From Candidatus Sumerlaeia bacterium (GTDB taxonomy: Bacteria; Sumerlaeota; Sumerlaeia; SLMS01; JANRJK01), in NCBI GenBank assembly GCA_033764015.1, contig JANRJK010000014.1, positions 32,001-96,000 on the forward strand: a stretch of DNA of 64,000 nt. The letters are read 5' to 3'. The notes beneath the pieces are model-generated. The model did no database searches. It saw only the letters and a list, made by a program, of their open reading frames with translations, and was not told the DNA's origin. Of the stretch, positions 10,138 to 21,463 are shown piece by piece. Each line of letters begins with the position of its first letter. Positions within the stretch are counted from its first letter, which is position 1. The translations under genes and the position numbers were made by a program.

Positions 10138-11439
10138 CTACCGCACCTTGGCCAGGGGCCGCGGGAACACGTAGAGCGTCCCCTCGACCAGGTCCTTCAC
10201 ATCCAGTTCGTCGTCCGAAAGCGCCGCGGTGTCCATGTCGCGGAGCAGCAGCCCGAAGCTGTCCTCCGCGCGCGCGTGGTAGGCCAGCCCCCCGCCCAGC
10301 ACGCCGACCGCGTCGCCCACCACGCCCCAAGTGGAGCCGTGCACCGGGTCCACGCCGAGCGGCGGCGCCTCGTCGAGGCGGATGAATGCGTGGTCCACCC
10401 AGGAACGCAGGTATTGCTGGAGCCCCGGCAGGCGGCTCGAGCGTCCGAGGAAGTAGAGCACCGGCGGCTTGGTGGCGTTGCCTTCGTCGCGGGTGGTGGC
10501 GCGCTCCAGGGCTCGCTTGGCGAAGCGGGCGATTTGCAGTGCGAAGCGCGTGCAGTCGATCTGCGCGGTGCTCTTGCGGACGAGGAAGAGCGGCGAGGGC
10601 GTGACTTCCGGCGGGAAGAGCAGCGAGCCGATGCGGTCGTTCACGCGCGACAGCTCCTCGACCGAGGGCGTGATCGCGGAGAAGTAGTGCATGTCGTCGC
10701 GCGCGAGGCCGACCGGGATCGAGTCGTGGTAGATCCGCCCGCGGCTGTCGCGGACCGTGAAGAGCGTGCGGCACTTGCCCACGTCCAGGAGCATCGTCAT
10801 GCGGTCCTCCTCGACGCCGGGCAGCGTCGGGAGCAACGCGCGGGCGGCGCGCTGGGAGGTGACGAGGCCGAGGAAGTCGCCGCCGGAGGCCGCCTCGTAC
10901 TGCGAGCCGACCACGCGAAGGTCGTCGAGCCGCAGGTAGAGCAGACTGGTGATCGAGCGCCCGTCGGGGAGCGGCCGTTCGGCGAGCATCACCGCGCGGG
11001 GGAACAGGTGCGGGTTGGCGCTGTGCGTGCGGCGCAGGAGTTCAAGCCGGCGCTGGTTGCGCGCCTTCTTGTTGTCGGCGCCGAAGGTGCGCACCTCGGT
11101 GACAAGCTCCGACGGCATGATGCCGAGCACCGGGCGACGGAGCCGTTCGAGGTCGCGCAGCCGGCGGAAGCCCTCGGCGATGCCCTCCGGGTCGGTGTAC
11201 GTGAGCTCGTCCGAGTCCATGAAGATCGGATGGCGGTAGCGCGTTGTCGTCTCGACGAGGTGGTTCAGTTCGAGGACGCGCGCGCCGGCGACGGCGATCC
11301 GCGCGCCATCGCGCTCGACCGCTCCGCAGGCCAGTGTCGAGCCGTCGATCAGGCAAACGCCGACCGCCTCGCTGGTGGGCGCACCGTTGGGCGCGGCGCC
11401 GGGGGCGGGAACGGCGGCGCTGTGCTTGTCTGGGCTCAT
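10138..11439 (-). CDS. Hypothetical protein, remote actin-like (PilM/FtsA-like) fold
   Basis: MLLDVGKCRT resembles the phosphate-2 motif and YFLGRSSRLPGLQQYL the adenosine motif. ATG overlaps the pgeF stop (ATGA). Confidence 0.5.
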   Translation of the reverse strand: MSPDKHSAAVPAPGAAPNGAPTSEAVGVCLIDGSTLACGAVERDGARIAVAGARVLELNHLVETTTRYRHPIFMDSDELTYTDPEGIAEGFRRLRDLERLRRPVLGIMPSELVTEVRTFGADNKKARNQRRLELLRRTHSANPHLFPRAVMLAERPLPDGRSITSLLYLRLDDLRVVGSQYEAASGGDFLGLVTSQRAARALLPTLPGVEEDRMTMLLDVGKCRTLFTVRDSRGRIYHDSIPVGLARDDMHYFSAITPSVEELSRVNDRIGSLLFPPEVTPSPLFLVRKSTAQIDCTRFALQIARFAKRALERATTRDEGNATKPPVLYFLGRSSRLPGLQQYLRSWVDHAFIRLDEAPPLGVDPVHGSTWGVVGDAVGVLGGGLAYHARAEDSFGLLLRDMDTAALSDDELDVKDLVEGTLYVFPRPLAKVR

Positions 11440-12299
11440 AGTACGGATGGAGTAGCGCGGAAATCTCCGGGTTGGCAAGCCTCCTGATCGGAGGAACCGC
11501 GCCCGGCGGGCCCCGCGTCGACCCCGATATAGGCGGCCGTCATGATCGTCCCGCGCGCCTCCGCGTCGCGGCGGTGCGACGGGAAGTCGCCGGAACCGCA
11601 GCGGGTGCACTCCGGCTCCGTGTGGATCGCGGCGGGATCGAGGCCGGCGCGCTCCGCCTGCAGCGCGTTCAACGCGCGCAGGTCGATGAGCCGCCCGTCG
11701 CGGTAGCGGTGCTCATCGCCGAAGCGGTCGGCGAACTGCGCGGCGAGTTCCGGCGAGACCTCGTAGCAGCCCCCGCAGATCGAGGGGCCGATCCAGCAGC
11801 CGAGTTCGCCCGCCGCCATTCCCGCGGCGGCGAAGGCCGCGGCGCCTTCCGCGAGGATGTTCCCGTAGGTGCCGCGCCAACCGGCGTGCAGTACGGCGGC
11901 CGCGCTCCCCCGCCGGTCCCAAAGCACCACTGGCAGGCAGTCCGCGGTGCGGATCACCAGCACGGTCCCGGGCTCGCGGGTGAAGAGGCCGTCGCACTCC
12001 GGCAGGAGCTCGGAACCCCCGCCGGGGGCGGGCTCGCGGACCGCGGCGCCGTGGACCTGTCCCGCGAAGACGGCGCGGCGCGGAGGGCGCCCGTCGATGC
12101 CGCCGAGCAGCTCGAGCAGCCGCGCCGAGAGGTTCTCCCACGGCTCCCGCGCGCGGGGTCCGAGCGCCCGCGTGGTCGCGACGACGCGGAGCGCGGGGGG
12201 CAGGGCGGCCTGGGGCGAAGGGCGCAGGTATTGGCGCGCGGGAAGGTCGGGCGTGGCGTGCACGGCGCCTTGCTGCGCGGGTGGGGTGAAGACCGGCAA
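11436..12299 (-). CDS. pgeF: PgeF/YfiH (laccase-domain, purine nucleoside phosphorylase-like) protein
   Basis: QVHG, DGL, TADCLPV, HAGWRG, IGPSICGGCYEV, CT.C..F.SHRR. Start uncertain. Confidence 0.9.
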   Translation of the reverse strand: MPVFTPPAQQGAVHATPDLPARQYLRPSPQAALPPALRVVATTRALGPRAREPWENLSARLLELLGGIDGRPPRRAVFAGQVHGAAVREPAPGGGSELLPECDGLFTREPGTVLVIRTADCLPVVLWDRRGSAAAVLHAGWRGTYGNILAEGAAAFAAAGMAAGELGCWIGPSICGGCYEVSPELAAQFADRFGDEHRYRDGRLIDLRALNALQAERAGLDPAAIHTEPECTRCGSGDFPSHRRDAEARGTIMTAAYIGVDAGPAGRGSSDQEACQPGDFRATPSVL

Positions 12300-12314
12300 G
12301 GCGATTCGACCCGC

Positions 12315-14849
12315 TCAGTCGCGGGCTTCCGACTCGGCGCGTAGCTTTCCAAGCCACTCCGCCTGCCGCTCGAGTTCCGCGATGCGCGCGGCGGGGGCGG
12401 CGCGGAGCGGCTCGGGCAGGAGCGCGACCTGCCGGCGGTAGGCGTCGAGCGCGCGCCGGACCAGGAGCTCGCGGCGCGCGCGGTCGATCTCCGGCGCGGC
12501 GGCGAAGCGGTGCGTCGTCGCGGCGAGGTTCCCCCAAAGGCGCGGGTCGTGCGGGAAGGCTTCGGCGGCGCGGAGCAGCTCGTCGAGGGCGCCGTCCTGG
12601 TCGCCCTCCGTTTCGAGGTAGCCGGCCAGGATCGCGCGGAGCGCCGGGGCCTGGTCCTTGGGGGCGATGGAGGCGGCGAGGCGGAGCGACTCGATGGCGG
12701 GCGGGCGCTCGTCCGCGCGCCAATGGGCGTCGGCGCGGAGCTGCCACAATTCCCAGTCGCGGGGGCGGCTCTCCGTGGCCTGCGCGAGCAGCCGCGCCGC
12801 GAAGCCGTGGTCGCCCGCTTCGTGGGAGGCGTAGGCGAGCTCGACCGTCGCGCGGCGGCTGCGCAGGATCCGGGGCGTGCGCTCGCCCACCGCGGTCCGC
12901 AGGCGGGCGGCGGCCCGCGCGTCCGTCATGCGCCGCAGCTCGCCCACCGCGAGCGACACGAGGGAGAACATGCGCGGGTTGCGCCGCATCGCCTCCTCGA
13001 GGCGCGCCGCGCGGACCGCGTCGGGCACGCCCTCCGGCACGTCGCTCCTGGCGTAGAGCGTGTTCCACACGCGGTCCGTCTTGGGGGCTCGCCACAGGAA
13101 GCGGTAGTTGTCGCGGCGCAGGGGGCTTTCGTGGATCCGCGCCGCGATCTCCGGGTAGGGGTACGCGGCCCTCGCGGGGTCACCGTCGTCGTGCTGCAGG
13201 AAGATCAGCAGGTACTCGGGCCGCGCCTCGCCGAGGACGTACTCGCAGTTGCGCGAGAGGTGCGCCTCGAACTCGCGGCGCTTGGCGGACGCGCGGGCGA
13301 AGTCGCGCTCCGCGCCGGAGAGCTGCTCCTCCGTGCGCCCCCAGTCGCGGAGCTGGCGCGCGTAGAGCTCCTCCGCCGTCGGAAGGTCGCCGCGCACCGA
13401 CGGCGCGTGGCCGAGGTACGGGTCGCAGAGGCCGCAGCCGTCGAGCAGCGAAAGGTGGCGGGCGAACCAGAGCGGCTGGCCGATGTCGCTCATGAAGATC
13501 GCCGCGCCGTCGCGCGTGTGGAGAAGCAGGTGTTCGGACACCTCGTTCAGCGGCCCGTGGAACCCCTCCGCCAGGCGCTCGCGCACGAAGGCCGCGCGCC
13601 ACCAGCCCGCCTCGCGCGGCATGTCGATCGGGTCGGGCCCGAAAATGTAGAGGTAGCCGAAGCGGAACTGCTCCTGCGCGACGCCCGCGAGCGCGAGGAC
13701 CCCGAGCCCCGCGACCGGGCCCGCGAGCCAGCGGCGCGCGCGGACCGCCTCCTCCAGCGCGGCGCCGAGCGCGACCGCCCCGGCGACCGCGAGGAACGGC
13801 AGGGCGACCTGCTGGAACCGGAAGTTGGGCATCCAGTCGCCGTCCACGTGCCAGAGGTAGTAGGCGAGCAGGGCGGTCGGGGCGAGGAGCAGTAGCCGCG
13901 CCGCGCGGGGCTGCGCCAGCAGCGCGAGCGCCGAAAGGAGCCACCAGTTGAACCACCAGAACGAGGGGGCGGGCCCTCCGCGGAGGAGCCATCCCGCGGT
14001 GGCTGCGGCGCCCGCCCCCGGCGCAGGGACGGGCGGCGTCTGGCGCAGGAAGAAGTGCCCGAGGTGCGAGAGGCCCATGGGCCGGTCGGCGCGGATATCC
14101 ACAAGCCGCTGCTTTGCGTAGTAGGTGTTCGGCAGCCAGTCGCCGAAGTAGGCGACCTTCCATCCGTAGTACGCGGCGAACGGGATCGCGGCGAGCAGCG
14201 CCCACGCGCCGACGCGGCGCCAGAGCGTCCGGTCGCGCGCGAGCAGCCAAGCCATGTAGCCCGCGAGCGGAGACATGAAGTAGAGTGCGTCGATGCGCGT
14301 CATGGCGGCGAGGACCGCGAGGACCGGGCTGGCGAGGAGCGCGCGGCGGTCGTCGAACTCGCGGACCGCGCGCCAGTACGTGGCGCAGACGAGCAGCGCG
14401 GCGAGCGGCGTCTCGAGCCCCATCAGCGCCCAGTGGGCGAAGGACGCGTTCACCGCCAGGAAGGCGGGCGCGGCGAGGTTCAGCGCGTCCTCCCTGCCGC
14501 GGAGCAGCGCGGCGAAGCGCCACGCCACCGCCATGGTGCCAAGCGCGCAGGCCAGCCCGAGCAGCTTGGCCCAGAACATCGCGTCGCCGCCGAGCCAGAG
14601 CACCGGGACCATGGCGACGACCCAGAGGAAGTTGGTGAAGCCTTCCACGCGGGGGCCGCCCTCGTTGAAGACGAACCCGTGGCCGGAGGCCACCATGTCG
14701 GCGAAGCGCAGGCTGATGTAGGCGTCGTCGATCACGGCGTGCCAGTAGTAGGACGCCTGCCAGAGGAACAGCGCGGCGAGCGCGAGGAGGCCCGGCAGTT
14801 GGCGGAGCGCCGCGCGGGCGGGGGGCCGCGGAGGCCCGCCGGTATCCAT
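12315..14849 (-). CDS. GT-C-like multi-pass membrane glycosyltransferase with C-terminal TPR-like helices
   Basis: DDAYISLRFA..G.GFVFN..VEGFTNFLW after TM1; GLETPL; TRIDA; YFGDWLPNTYYAK; GDWMPNFRF; D.CGLCD; helical Ala/Arg/Glu-rich tail. Confidence 0.75.
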   Translation of the reverse strand: MDTGGPPRPPARAALRQLPGLLALAALFLWQASYYWHAVIDDAYISLRFADMVASGHGFVFNEGGPRVEGFTNFLWVVAMVPVLWLGGDAMFWAKLLGLACALGTMAVAWRFAALLRGREDALNLAAPAFLAVNASFAHWALMGLETPLAALLVCATYWRAVREFDDRRALLASPVLAVLAAMTRIDALYFMSPLAGYMAWLLARDRTLWRRVGAWALLAAIPFAAYYGWKVAYFGDWLPNTYYAKQRLVDIRADRPMGLSHLGHFFLRQTPPVPAPGAGAAATAGWLLRGGPAPSFWWFNWWLLSALALLAQPRAARLLLLAPTALLAYYLWHVDGDWMPNFRFQQVALPFLAVAGAVALGAALEEAVRARRWLAGPVAGLGVLALAGVAQEQFRFGYLYIFGPDPIDMPREAGWWRAAFVRERLAEGFHGPLNEVSEHLLLHTRDGAAIFMSDIGQPLWFARHLSLLDGCGLCDPYLGHAPSVRGDLPTAEELYARQLRDWGRTEEQLSGAERDFARASAKRREFEAHLSRNCEYVLGEARPEYLLIFLQHDDGDPARAAYPYPEIAARIHESPLRRDNYRFLWRAPKTDRVWNTLYARSDVPEGVPDAVRAARLEEAMRRNPRMFSLVSLAVGELRRMTDARAAARLRTAVGERTPRILRSRRATVELAYASHEAGDHGFAARLLAQATESRPRDWELWQLRADAHWRADERPPAIESLRLAASIAPKDQAPALRAILAGYLETEGDQDGALDELLRAAEAFPHDPRLWGNLAATTHRFAAAPEIDRARRELLVRRALDAYRRQVALLPEPLRAAPAARIAELERQAEWLGKLRAESEARD

Positions 14850-14868
14850 GGCGCGCGGCCCCGCGGCG

Positions 14869-16221
<1,353 letters not shown>

Positions 16222-16245
16222 CTGCGCTTTGCCGTCCGAGGGGGG

Positions 16246-17007
16246 TTATGGGCCCGGCGCCGGGGGCGCATCGGGGACTTCGGTCTCTTCGTCGGGGGCA
16301 TGGAGCCTCCCGAGCTGGTACGGTCGTGTGCGGACCACCCCCGGCGAGAGGATGCCGCCGCTCATGATCATCCGGAAGCCATCCTCGAGAGTGAGGTCCG
16401 TGTCGAGCACATCGCTGACCGGGTAAAACATCAGGAATCCCGTGGTCGGGTTGGGGGTCGTGGGCATGAAGACCGCCACCATTGCATCCTCGCCCTGGTG
16501 GACATGGACCTCGTTGGTGGCGAAGGCGACGCACCAGAATCCCCGAGCGGGGTACTGGATCATCACCACGCGCTTGTAGGACGCGCCGCGGTCCTGCGTC
16601 AGGGTCTGGATCACTTCCTTCGGCGTGATATAGAAGAACTTCACGACAGGGATGCGCGTGACGAAGCGCTCGCCGATCTGGATCAGCTCCTTCACCACGA
16701 GGAACTTGGAGAGCCAGCCGATCCCGACGATGACGCCGAATGCGATCGCGAGGGAGAAGACGCTGACGATGGTGCCGATCAGGTAGCCGAATTCGCCCTC
16801 CGGATCGATGGCGGAGCGCGCGCCATGGCGCACGTAATCACCGAATAGGCTGTCGGAGATGGCGAAGACGAGCATCACGGCCCAGACCGCCGCGTAGACG
16901 GGTACGATCACCAGGAGCCCCGCGATGAAGCTCTTGCGGAGCTGGGCGAAGGACTTGGCGGCCTTCTTCTTCGCGGGGGGCGGCGCGGGGGCCGGGGTGG
17001 CGTTCAG
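16246..17007 (-). CDS. DUF502 domain membrane protein (probable non-canonical CTG start)
   Basis: RIPVVK..Y, VVMIQYP..G, VFMPTTPNPTTGF, IMSGG. The family-type N-terminus LRKSFIAGLLVIVP lies upstream of the first GTG (16911); CTG at 17005-17007 follows the valS stop by 4 nt. Confidence 0.85.
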   Translation of the reverse strand: MNATPAPAPPPAKKKAAKSFAQLRKSFIAGLLVIVPVYAAVWAVMLVFAISDSLFGDYVRHGARSAIDPEGEFGYLIGTIVSVFSLAIAFGVIVGIGWLSKFLVVKELIQIGERFVTRIPVVKFFYITPKEVIQTLTQDRGASYKRVVMIQYPARGFWCVAFATNEVHVHQGEDAMVAVFMPTTPNPTTGFLMFYPVSDVLDTDLTLEDGFRMIMSGGILSPGVVRTRPYQLGRLHAPDEETEVPDAPPAPGP

Positions 17008-17011
17008 CGGA

Positions 17012-19864
17012 TTAGCACCCCAGCGCGGAGAGCCGCGCGCGCATGGCCTGGGCGTCCGCGGCCATGCGGTCGAGCTTCTCGCGCTCCTTGGCGACGACGG
17101 CCTCCGGCGCCCGAGCCGTGAAGTCCGCGTTGGCCAGCTTGGCGTTGGCGGCGGCGATGCCCTTCTCGAGGTGCGCGATCTCCTTCTCGAGGCGCTGCCG
17201 CTCCGCGGTCCGCAGCTCGTCCGGCAGCATCACGAACACCGTGGTGCCGCGGATCACCTGCGTGGCGGCGAAGGCCGGCGGCGCGATGGCCGCGGAGACG
17301 AGCTGGCTGCGGACGGTGGCGAGCGAGGCGATCTGCGCCGAGGCGGTGTCGAGCAGCGCGCGGCGCGCGGGCTCGCGCTCCTCGATGCGGATGTCCACCT
17401 TCATGTCGAGGGGCACCGCCATCTCGCCGCGGATCGCGCGGATCGCGGTGACGAGCTCCTGCAGGTAGGCGACCGAGTCCTCCGCGTGCTGGTCCGCGGC
17501 GCCGGCCGCGGGCCATGGGGCGACGCATAGGCTGGCGGGGGTGAACACGGCGCCGTTCGGGCCGTCGAGCAGCGGCGCGGGCGAACCCGCCTCCACCCCG
17601 TAGAGGCGGGTGCGGATCATCTGCCACACCTCCTCAGACGCGAACGGCAGCGCGGGGGCGAGGAGACGGCAGATCGTCTCGAGCACTTCGAGCACGGTAA
17701 CCTGCGAGGCGAGGCGCGACTCGCGCGCCACCACGTCCGCGGCGGCCCAGGCCCGCGTCTTCGCCAGTTCCAGGTACCAATCGCAGAACTGCTTCCACAC
17801 GAAGTCGTAGAGCGTGCCGACGTACTGGTCGAACTCGTAGCGTTCGAGCGACCGGGTGCAGCCCTCGACGGCGCGCGCGAGCTGCGACTGGATCCAGCGG
17901 TCCTCGACGCGGAGTCCGGTGGGCGGCGCGCCGGCGGCGAACTCCTTCGCGGTGACGCCCTGCGTCACCATCATGGCGAACCGCGCGGCGTTCCAGAACT
18001 TGTTCACGAAGTTGCGGTAGCCCTCGATGCGCGAGCGGTCGAGGTCGATCGTGCGGCCCTGCGACGCGTAGGCGGTGATCGCGAGGCGCAGCGCGTCCAT
18101 GCCGTAGAGGCGGCCCATCTCGAGCGGGTCGATCACATTGCCCTTCGACTTGGACATCTTCTCCCACTTGAACTCGACGCCCGGGGGGAGCTTGGGCATC
18201 TCGTCCAGCTCGCGCGCCTCCGCGCCCTTGATCAGCTCGAGGTGGCCCTCGTGGCGCCGGTAGTAGCTCTTACCGAAGATCAGGCCGTGCAGGAAGATGT
18301 CGGCGAAGGGGCGCTGGCCGGTGATCTCGTAGCTCATCATCGCCATGCGCGCGACCCAGAAGAACAGGATGTCGTGGCCCGTGACGAGCACCGACGTCGG
18401 GAAGTAGCGCGCCAGGTCCCCGGTCTTCTCCGGCCAACCCATGGTGGAGAAGGGCCAGAGCGCGCTCGAGAACCAAGTGTCGAGCACGTCCGTGTCCTGC
18501 TCCCACGCGGCGGGTTCCGCGGCGACCTCCGGCGGTAGGCCCTCGCCGTCGAAGCAGACGATGCGCGAGGGGTCGCCCTTGCGGTACCAGATGGGGATGC
18601 GGTGGCCCCACCAGAGCTGGCGGCTGATGCACCAATCGCGCACGTTGTCGAGCCAGTGGAACCAGACGCCCTCGTAGCTCTTGGGGAGGATGCGGATGTC
18701 GCCCTCGCGGACGGCGGCGGCGGCGCGCTCGGCGAGCGGCTTCATGCGCACGAACCACTGCTCGGACAGGCGGGGTTCGATGACCGCCTTGCTGCGGTAG
18801 GAGCGGCCGAGCCGCGTCTGGTACTTCTCCTCCTTGAGGAGGAGCCCCTGCTCCTTGAGCGCGGCGACCACGGCGCGGCGCGCCTCGAAGCGGTCCATGC
18901 CGGCGAAGCGCCCGCCGTGCTCGTTCAGCTTCGCGTCGGGGGTGAAGACGTTGAGCTGCGGCAGGCCGAGGCGCTGGCCGCAGTCGAAGTCGTTCGCGTC
19001 GTGCGCGGGGGTGATCTTCACCATGCCGGTGCCGAAGTCGGACTGGACGAAGCCGTCGGCGATGATCCCGATCTCGCGCTCCGTGAGCGGCAGGCGCACC
19101 ATGCGGCCCACGACGGAGGCGTAGCGCTCGTCCTGCGGGTTCACCGCCACCGCCACGTCGCCGAAAAGCGTTTCCGGGCGCGTGGTGGCGACCGTGGCGC
19201 CGCCCTTGGAGCCGTCCGCGAACGGGTAGCGGATATGGTACAGCATCCCCTCTTCGTCCTCGTAGTCCACTTCGTCGTCGGAGAGCGCGGTGAGGGTGAC
19301 GGGGTCCCAGTTGACTAGATAGAGGCCGCGGTAGATGAGGCCGCGGTCGAAGAGCATCTTGAAGGCCGCACGGACGGCGCGGGCGCGCGGCTCGTCCAGC
19401 GTGAAGGCGTCGCGCGTCCAGTCGCAGGAACAGCCGAGCGAGCGGATCTGCGACTTGATCGTGTTCTCCGATTTCTCCTTCCACTTCCAGGCTTCTTCGA
19501 GGAACGCCTCGCGGCCCATTGCGCGGGGGTCGCGGCCCTCGCGGCGGAGGTTTTCCGAGACGACGTGCTGCGTCGCGATGCCGGCGTGGTCCGTGCCGGG
19601 CACCCAGAGCGCGTCGCACCCCTTCATGCGGTGGAAGCGGATCAGCACATCCTGGATCGTCTGCGGCAGGCAGTGCCCCATGTGGAGCACGCCGGTGACG
19701 TTCGGCGGCGGGATGACGATGGTGTAGGGGTCGGCATCGGGACGCTGGCCGGCGCGGAAGAAGTTCCCGCTCCGCCAGAAGTCGAGCCAGCGGGCCTCGA
19801 CCGCCTCGGCTTGGAAAGTCTTGGGAAGCTCCGCCTGCGTGTTGCTGGTTTCCGTGCTCGTCAT
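17012..19864 (-). CDS. valS: Valine--tRNA ligase
   Basis: PPPNVTGVLHMGH, PGTDHAGIATQ, ATTRPET, DWCISRQLWWGH, DVLDTWFSS, KMSKSKGN; C-terminal coiled coil. Confidence 0.98.
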   Translation of the reverse strand: MTSTETSNTQAELPKTFQAEAVEARWLDFWRSGNFFRAGQRPDADPYTIVIPPPNVTGVLHMGHCLPQTIQDVLIRFHRMKGCDALWVPGTDHAGIATQHVVSENLRREGRDPRAMGREAFLEEAWKWKEKSENTIKSQIRSLGCSCDWTRDAFTLDEPRARAVRAAFKMLFDRGLIYRGLYLVNWDPVTLTALSDDEVDYEDEEGMLYHIRYPFADGSKGGATVATTRPETLFGDVAVAVNPQDERYASVVGRMVRLPLTEREIGIIADGFVQSDFGTGMVKITPAHDANDFDCGQRLGLPQLNVFTPDAKLNEHGGRFAGMDRFEARRAVVAALKEQGLLLKEEKYQTRLGRSYRSKAVIEPRLSEQWFVRMKPLAERAAAAVREGDIRILPKSYEGVWFHWLDNVRDWCISRQLWWGHRIPIWYRKGDPSRIVCFDGEGLPPEVAAEPAAWEQDTDVLDTWFSSALWPFSTMGWPEKTGDLARYFPTSVLVTGHDILFFWVARMAMMSYEITGQRPFADIFLHGLIFGKSYYRRHEGHLELIKGAEARELDEMPKLPPGVEFKWEKMSKSKGNVIDPLEMGRLYGMDALRLAITAYASQGRTIDLDRSRIEGYRNFVNKFWNAARFAMMVTQGVTAKEFAAGAPPTGLRVEDRWIQSQLARAVEGCTRSLERYEFDQYVGTLYDFVWKQFCDWYLELAKTRAWAAADVVARESRLASQVTVLEVLETICRLLAPALPFASEEVWQMIRTRLYGVEAGSPAPLLDGPNGAVFTPASLCVAPWPAAGAADQHAEDSVAYLQELVTAIRAIRGEMAVPLDMKVDIRIEEREPARRALLDTASAQIASLATVRSQLVSAAIAPPAFAATQVIRGTTVFVMLPDELRTAERQRLEKEIAHLEKGIAAANAKLANADFTARAPEAVVAKEREKLDRMAADAQAMRARLSALGC

Positions 19865-19953
19865 CGGTGCGCCTTCGGCCTGTTGGGGTGCGCTCTGGGC
19901 GCAACCGGAACAGGGTGCTGGCGGCCCCTCGGGCGTGGCAATGGCCGATGGGG

Positions 19954-21366
19954 CTACTCGATCAGGATGCCCTCGGGGAACGCCGCCTTCCAGCCGAACC
20001 AGAACGCGCGGTGGGCGGGAAGCCGCGCGAGGCGACGTCCCCCGGGGCCTTCGAGCGCCTCCTCCGACACGGTCCAAGGAGCGCCTTCGGCGTCGACCAG
20101 GAAGCCCTCCTCCCCGCGCTGGAACGCGCCGCCCCGCGATTCGTAGACGCGGTTGGCCCCGCTGGCGTCGGTCAGGACCAGGAAGGAAACGCCGCCGTGC
20201 TCGCCGGCGAAGAGCGGCTCGTCGGCGAGGCGGGCCGCGGCGATCGCGAGCGGCGGCCCCGGGCCGACCTCGAGCGACAGCACCTCCGCCTTGTTCGCCA
20301 GCCGGGTGTCGTCGGTGGGGACGGGGAACATCAACTCGTCGCTCGCGAAGTAGTCGCGGTAGGCGGCGCCCTCGGAGTAGTCGCGGGCGTGGCCCGTCTC
20401 GACGGAGAGCACGGTTGTGTCCGGGTGGCGGCGGCGCCATTCGCCCCAGGTCGTGGTGACCACCCATCGCTCCGGCAGCTCGATCCCCTTGCCGACCAGG
20501 GGCCCGACGACCGGCGTCCCCTCCATCGTCGACCAGAGCGACATCGTGGCCCGGTCGTACATCAGCTTGTTCGAGCGATAGAGGAAGCCGCTGGTGCCGA
20601 GTTCGTGGCGGACGCCGTCCACCTCGGTCTCGTAAACGATGACCGTGCCGCAGAGGGTGCAGTACACGCCGGCGAGCGACACGCCGCCCACGGTGTCGGT
20701 GAACATTTCGTGCCAGGCGAGGATGCGCTTCGGGTAGGCGCGCGCGTCGCCGTCCACTTCGATGCCGAAGACCACGTCCGTGTCGGCGAGGTAGCCTGCG
20801 TCGGCGGCGGCTAGCATGGCGGGGTTGTGGAGGGGGGGGATGCCGTCTCGCTTCACGCCGCCCCAGAAGATCTCCTCGAAGCGGATCGTGCGGGGCGGGT
20901 CGCCCGCGAAGTACTCCGCGAAGGACGGGTCGATGACGGTGTAGGCCTGCTCCTTGAAGCGGGCGTAGAACGGATCGGTGAACGTTGGCCCCGCCCAGAG
21001 CGCCTTCACCCTGCCGCGCATGTCGGCCCGAAGGTCGGCGCCGGTCATCTCCCTGTAGAACCGCGCCACCGCGGTCATGTTCTTCGGGGGCCAGTCGAGC
21101 ATGAGGGCTTCGATGAACGCCATCTCGACCTCGTTGCTCCACTGCTCGCGGACCAGCGGCGCGTACCGCGAGTTCCCGATGCGGACGACACTTGCGAGCA
21201 TCCACGGTTCCAGCTCGTCCGGCAGCGGCGTCCAGTTTTCGCGCGCATGGATCGCGGCGACAGCGTAGGTGTCGGGATCGAGGAGCACGTTCGCGCCGAG
21301 CGCGGCGGCGCCGAGGCCGAGGACCGCCAGGGCGGAGCGGAGGCGCAGGCGTCGGGCATGTTTCAT
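19954..21366 (-). CDS. DUF3179 domain protein, exported
   Basis: WGGVKRDGIP, ARAYP..L.WHE..D, YCTLCGT, GTSG.LY.SN.LMYDR.T.SLW, TTW..W..HPDT.VL, FWFGW.A..P; N-terminal signal/TM. Confidence 0.85.
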   Translation of the reverse strand: MKHARRLRLRSALAVLGLGAAALGANVLLDPDTYAVAAIHARENWTPLPDELEPWMLASVVRIGNSRYAPLVREQWSNEVEMAFIEALMLDWPPKNMTAVARFYREMTGADLRADMRGRVKALWAGPTFTDPFYARFKEQAYTVIDPSFAEYFAGDPPRTIRFEEIFWGGVKRDGIPPLHNPAMLAAADAGYLADTDVVFGIEVDGDARAYPKRILAWHEMFTDTVGGVSLAGVYCTLCGTVIVYETEVDGVRHELGTSGFLYRSNKLMYDRATMSLWSTMEGTPVVGPLVGKGIELPERWVVTTTWGEWRRRHPDTTVLSVETGHARDYSEGAAYRDYFASDELMFPVPTDDTRLANKAEVLSLEVGPGPPLAIAAARLADEPLFAGEHGGVSFLVLTDASGANRVYESRGGAFQRGEEGFLVDAEGAPWTVSEEALEGPGGRRLARLPAHRAFWFGWKAAFPEGILIE

Positions 21367-21463
21367 CGGCGTGCTCCTTGGGAGGCGGCAGTGTTGCGTC
21401 GGGCAAGTCTCCCGCCAACAAGAATCCCCGTGTTGCGCGGGCAGCGGGGGCGTCCGGCGACGA

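Noticed and set aside
19954..21366. DUF3179 protein as a selenoprotein
   Set aside because: The CTLC motif uses Cys codons and there is no in-frame TGA.
17012..21421. 1469-aa ValS with a huge N-terminal extension
   Set aside because: The upstream part is an alternate frame of the DUF3179 gene; ValS homology starts near ATG 19864.
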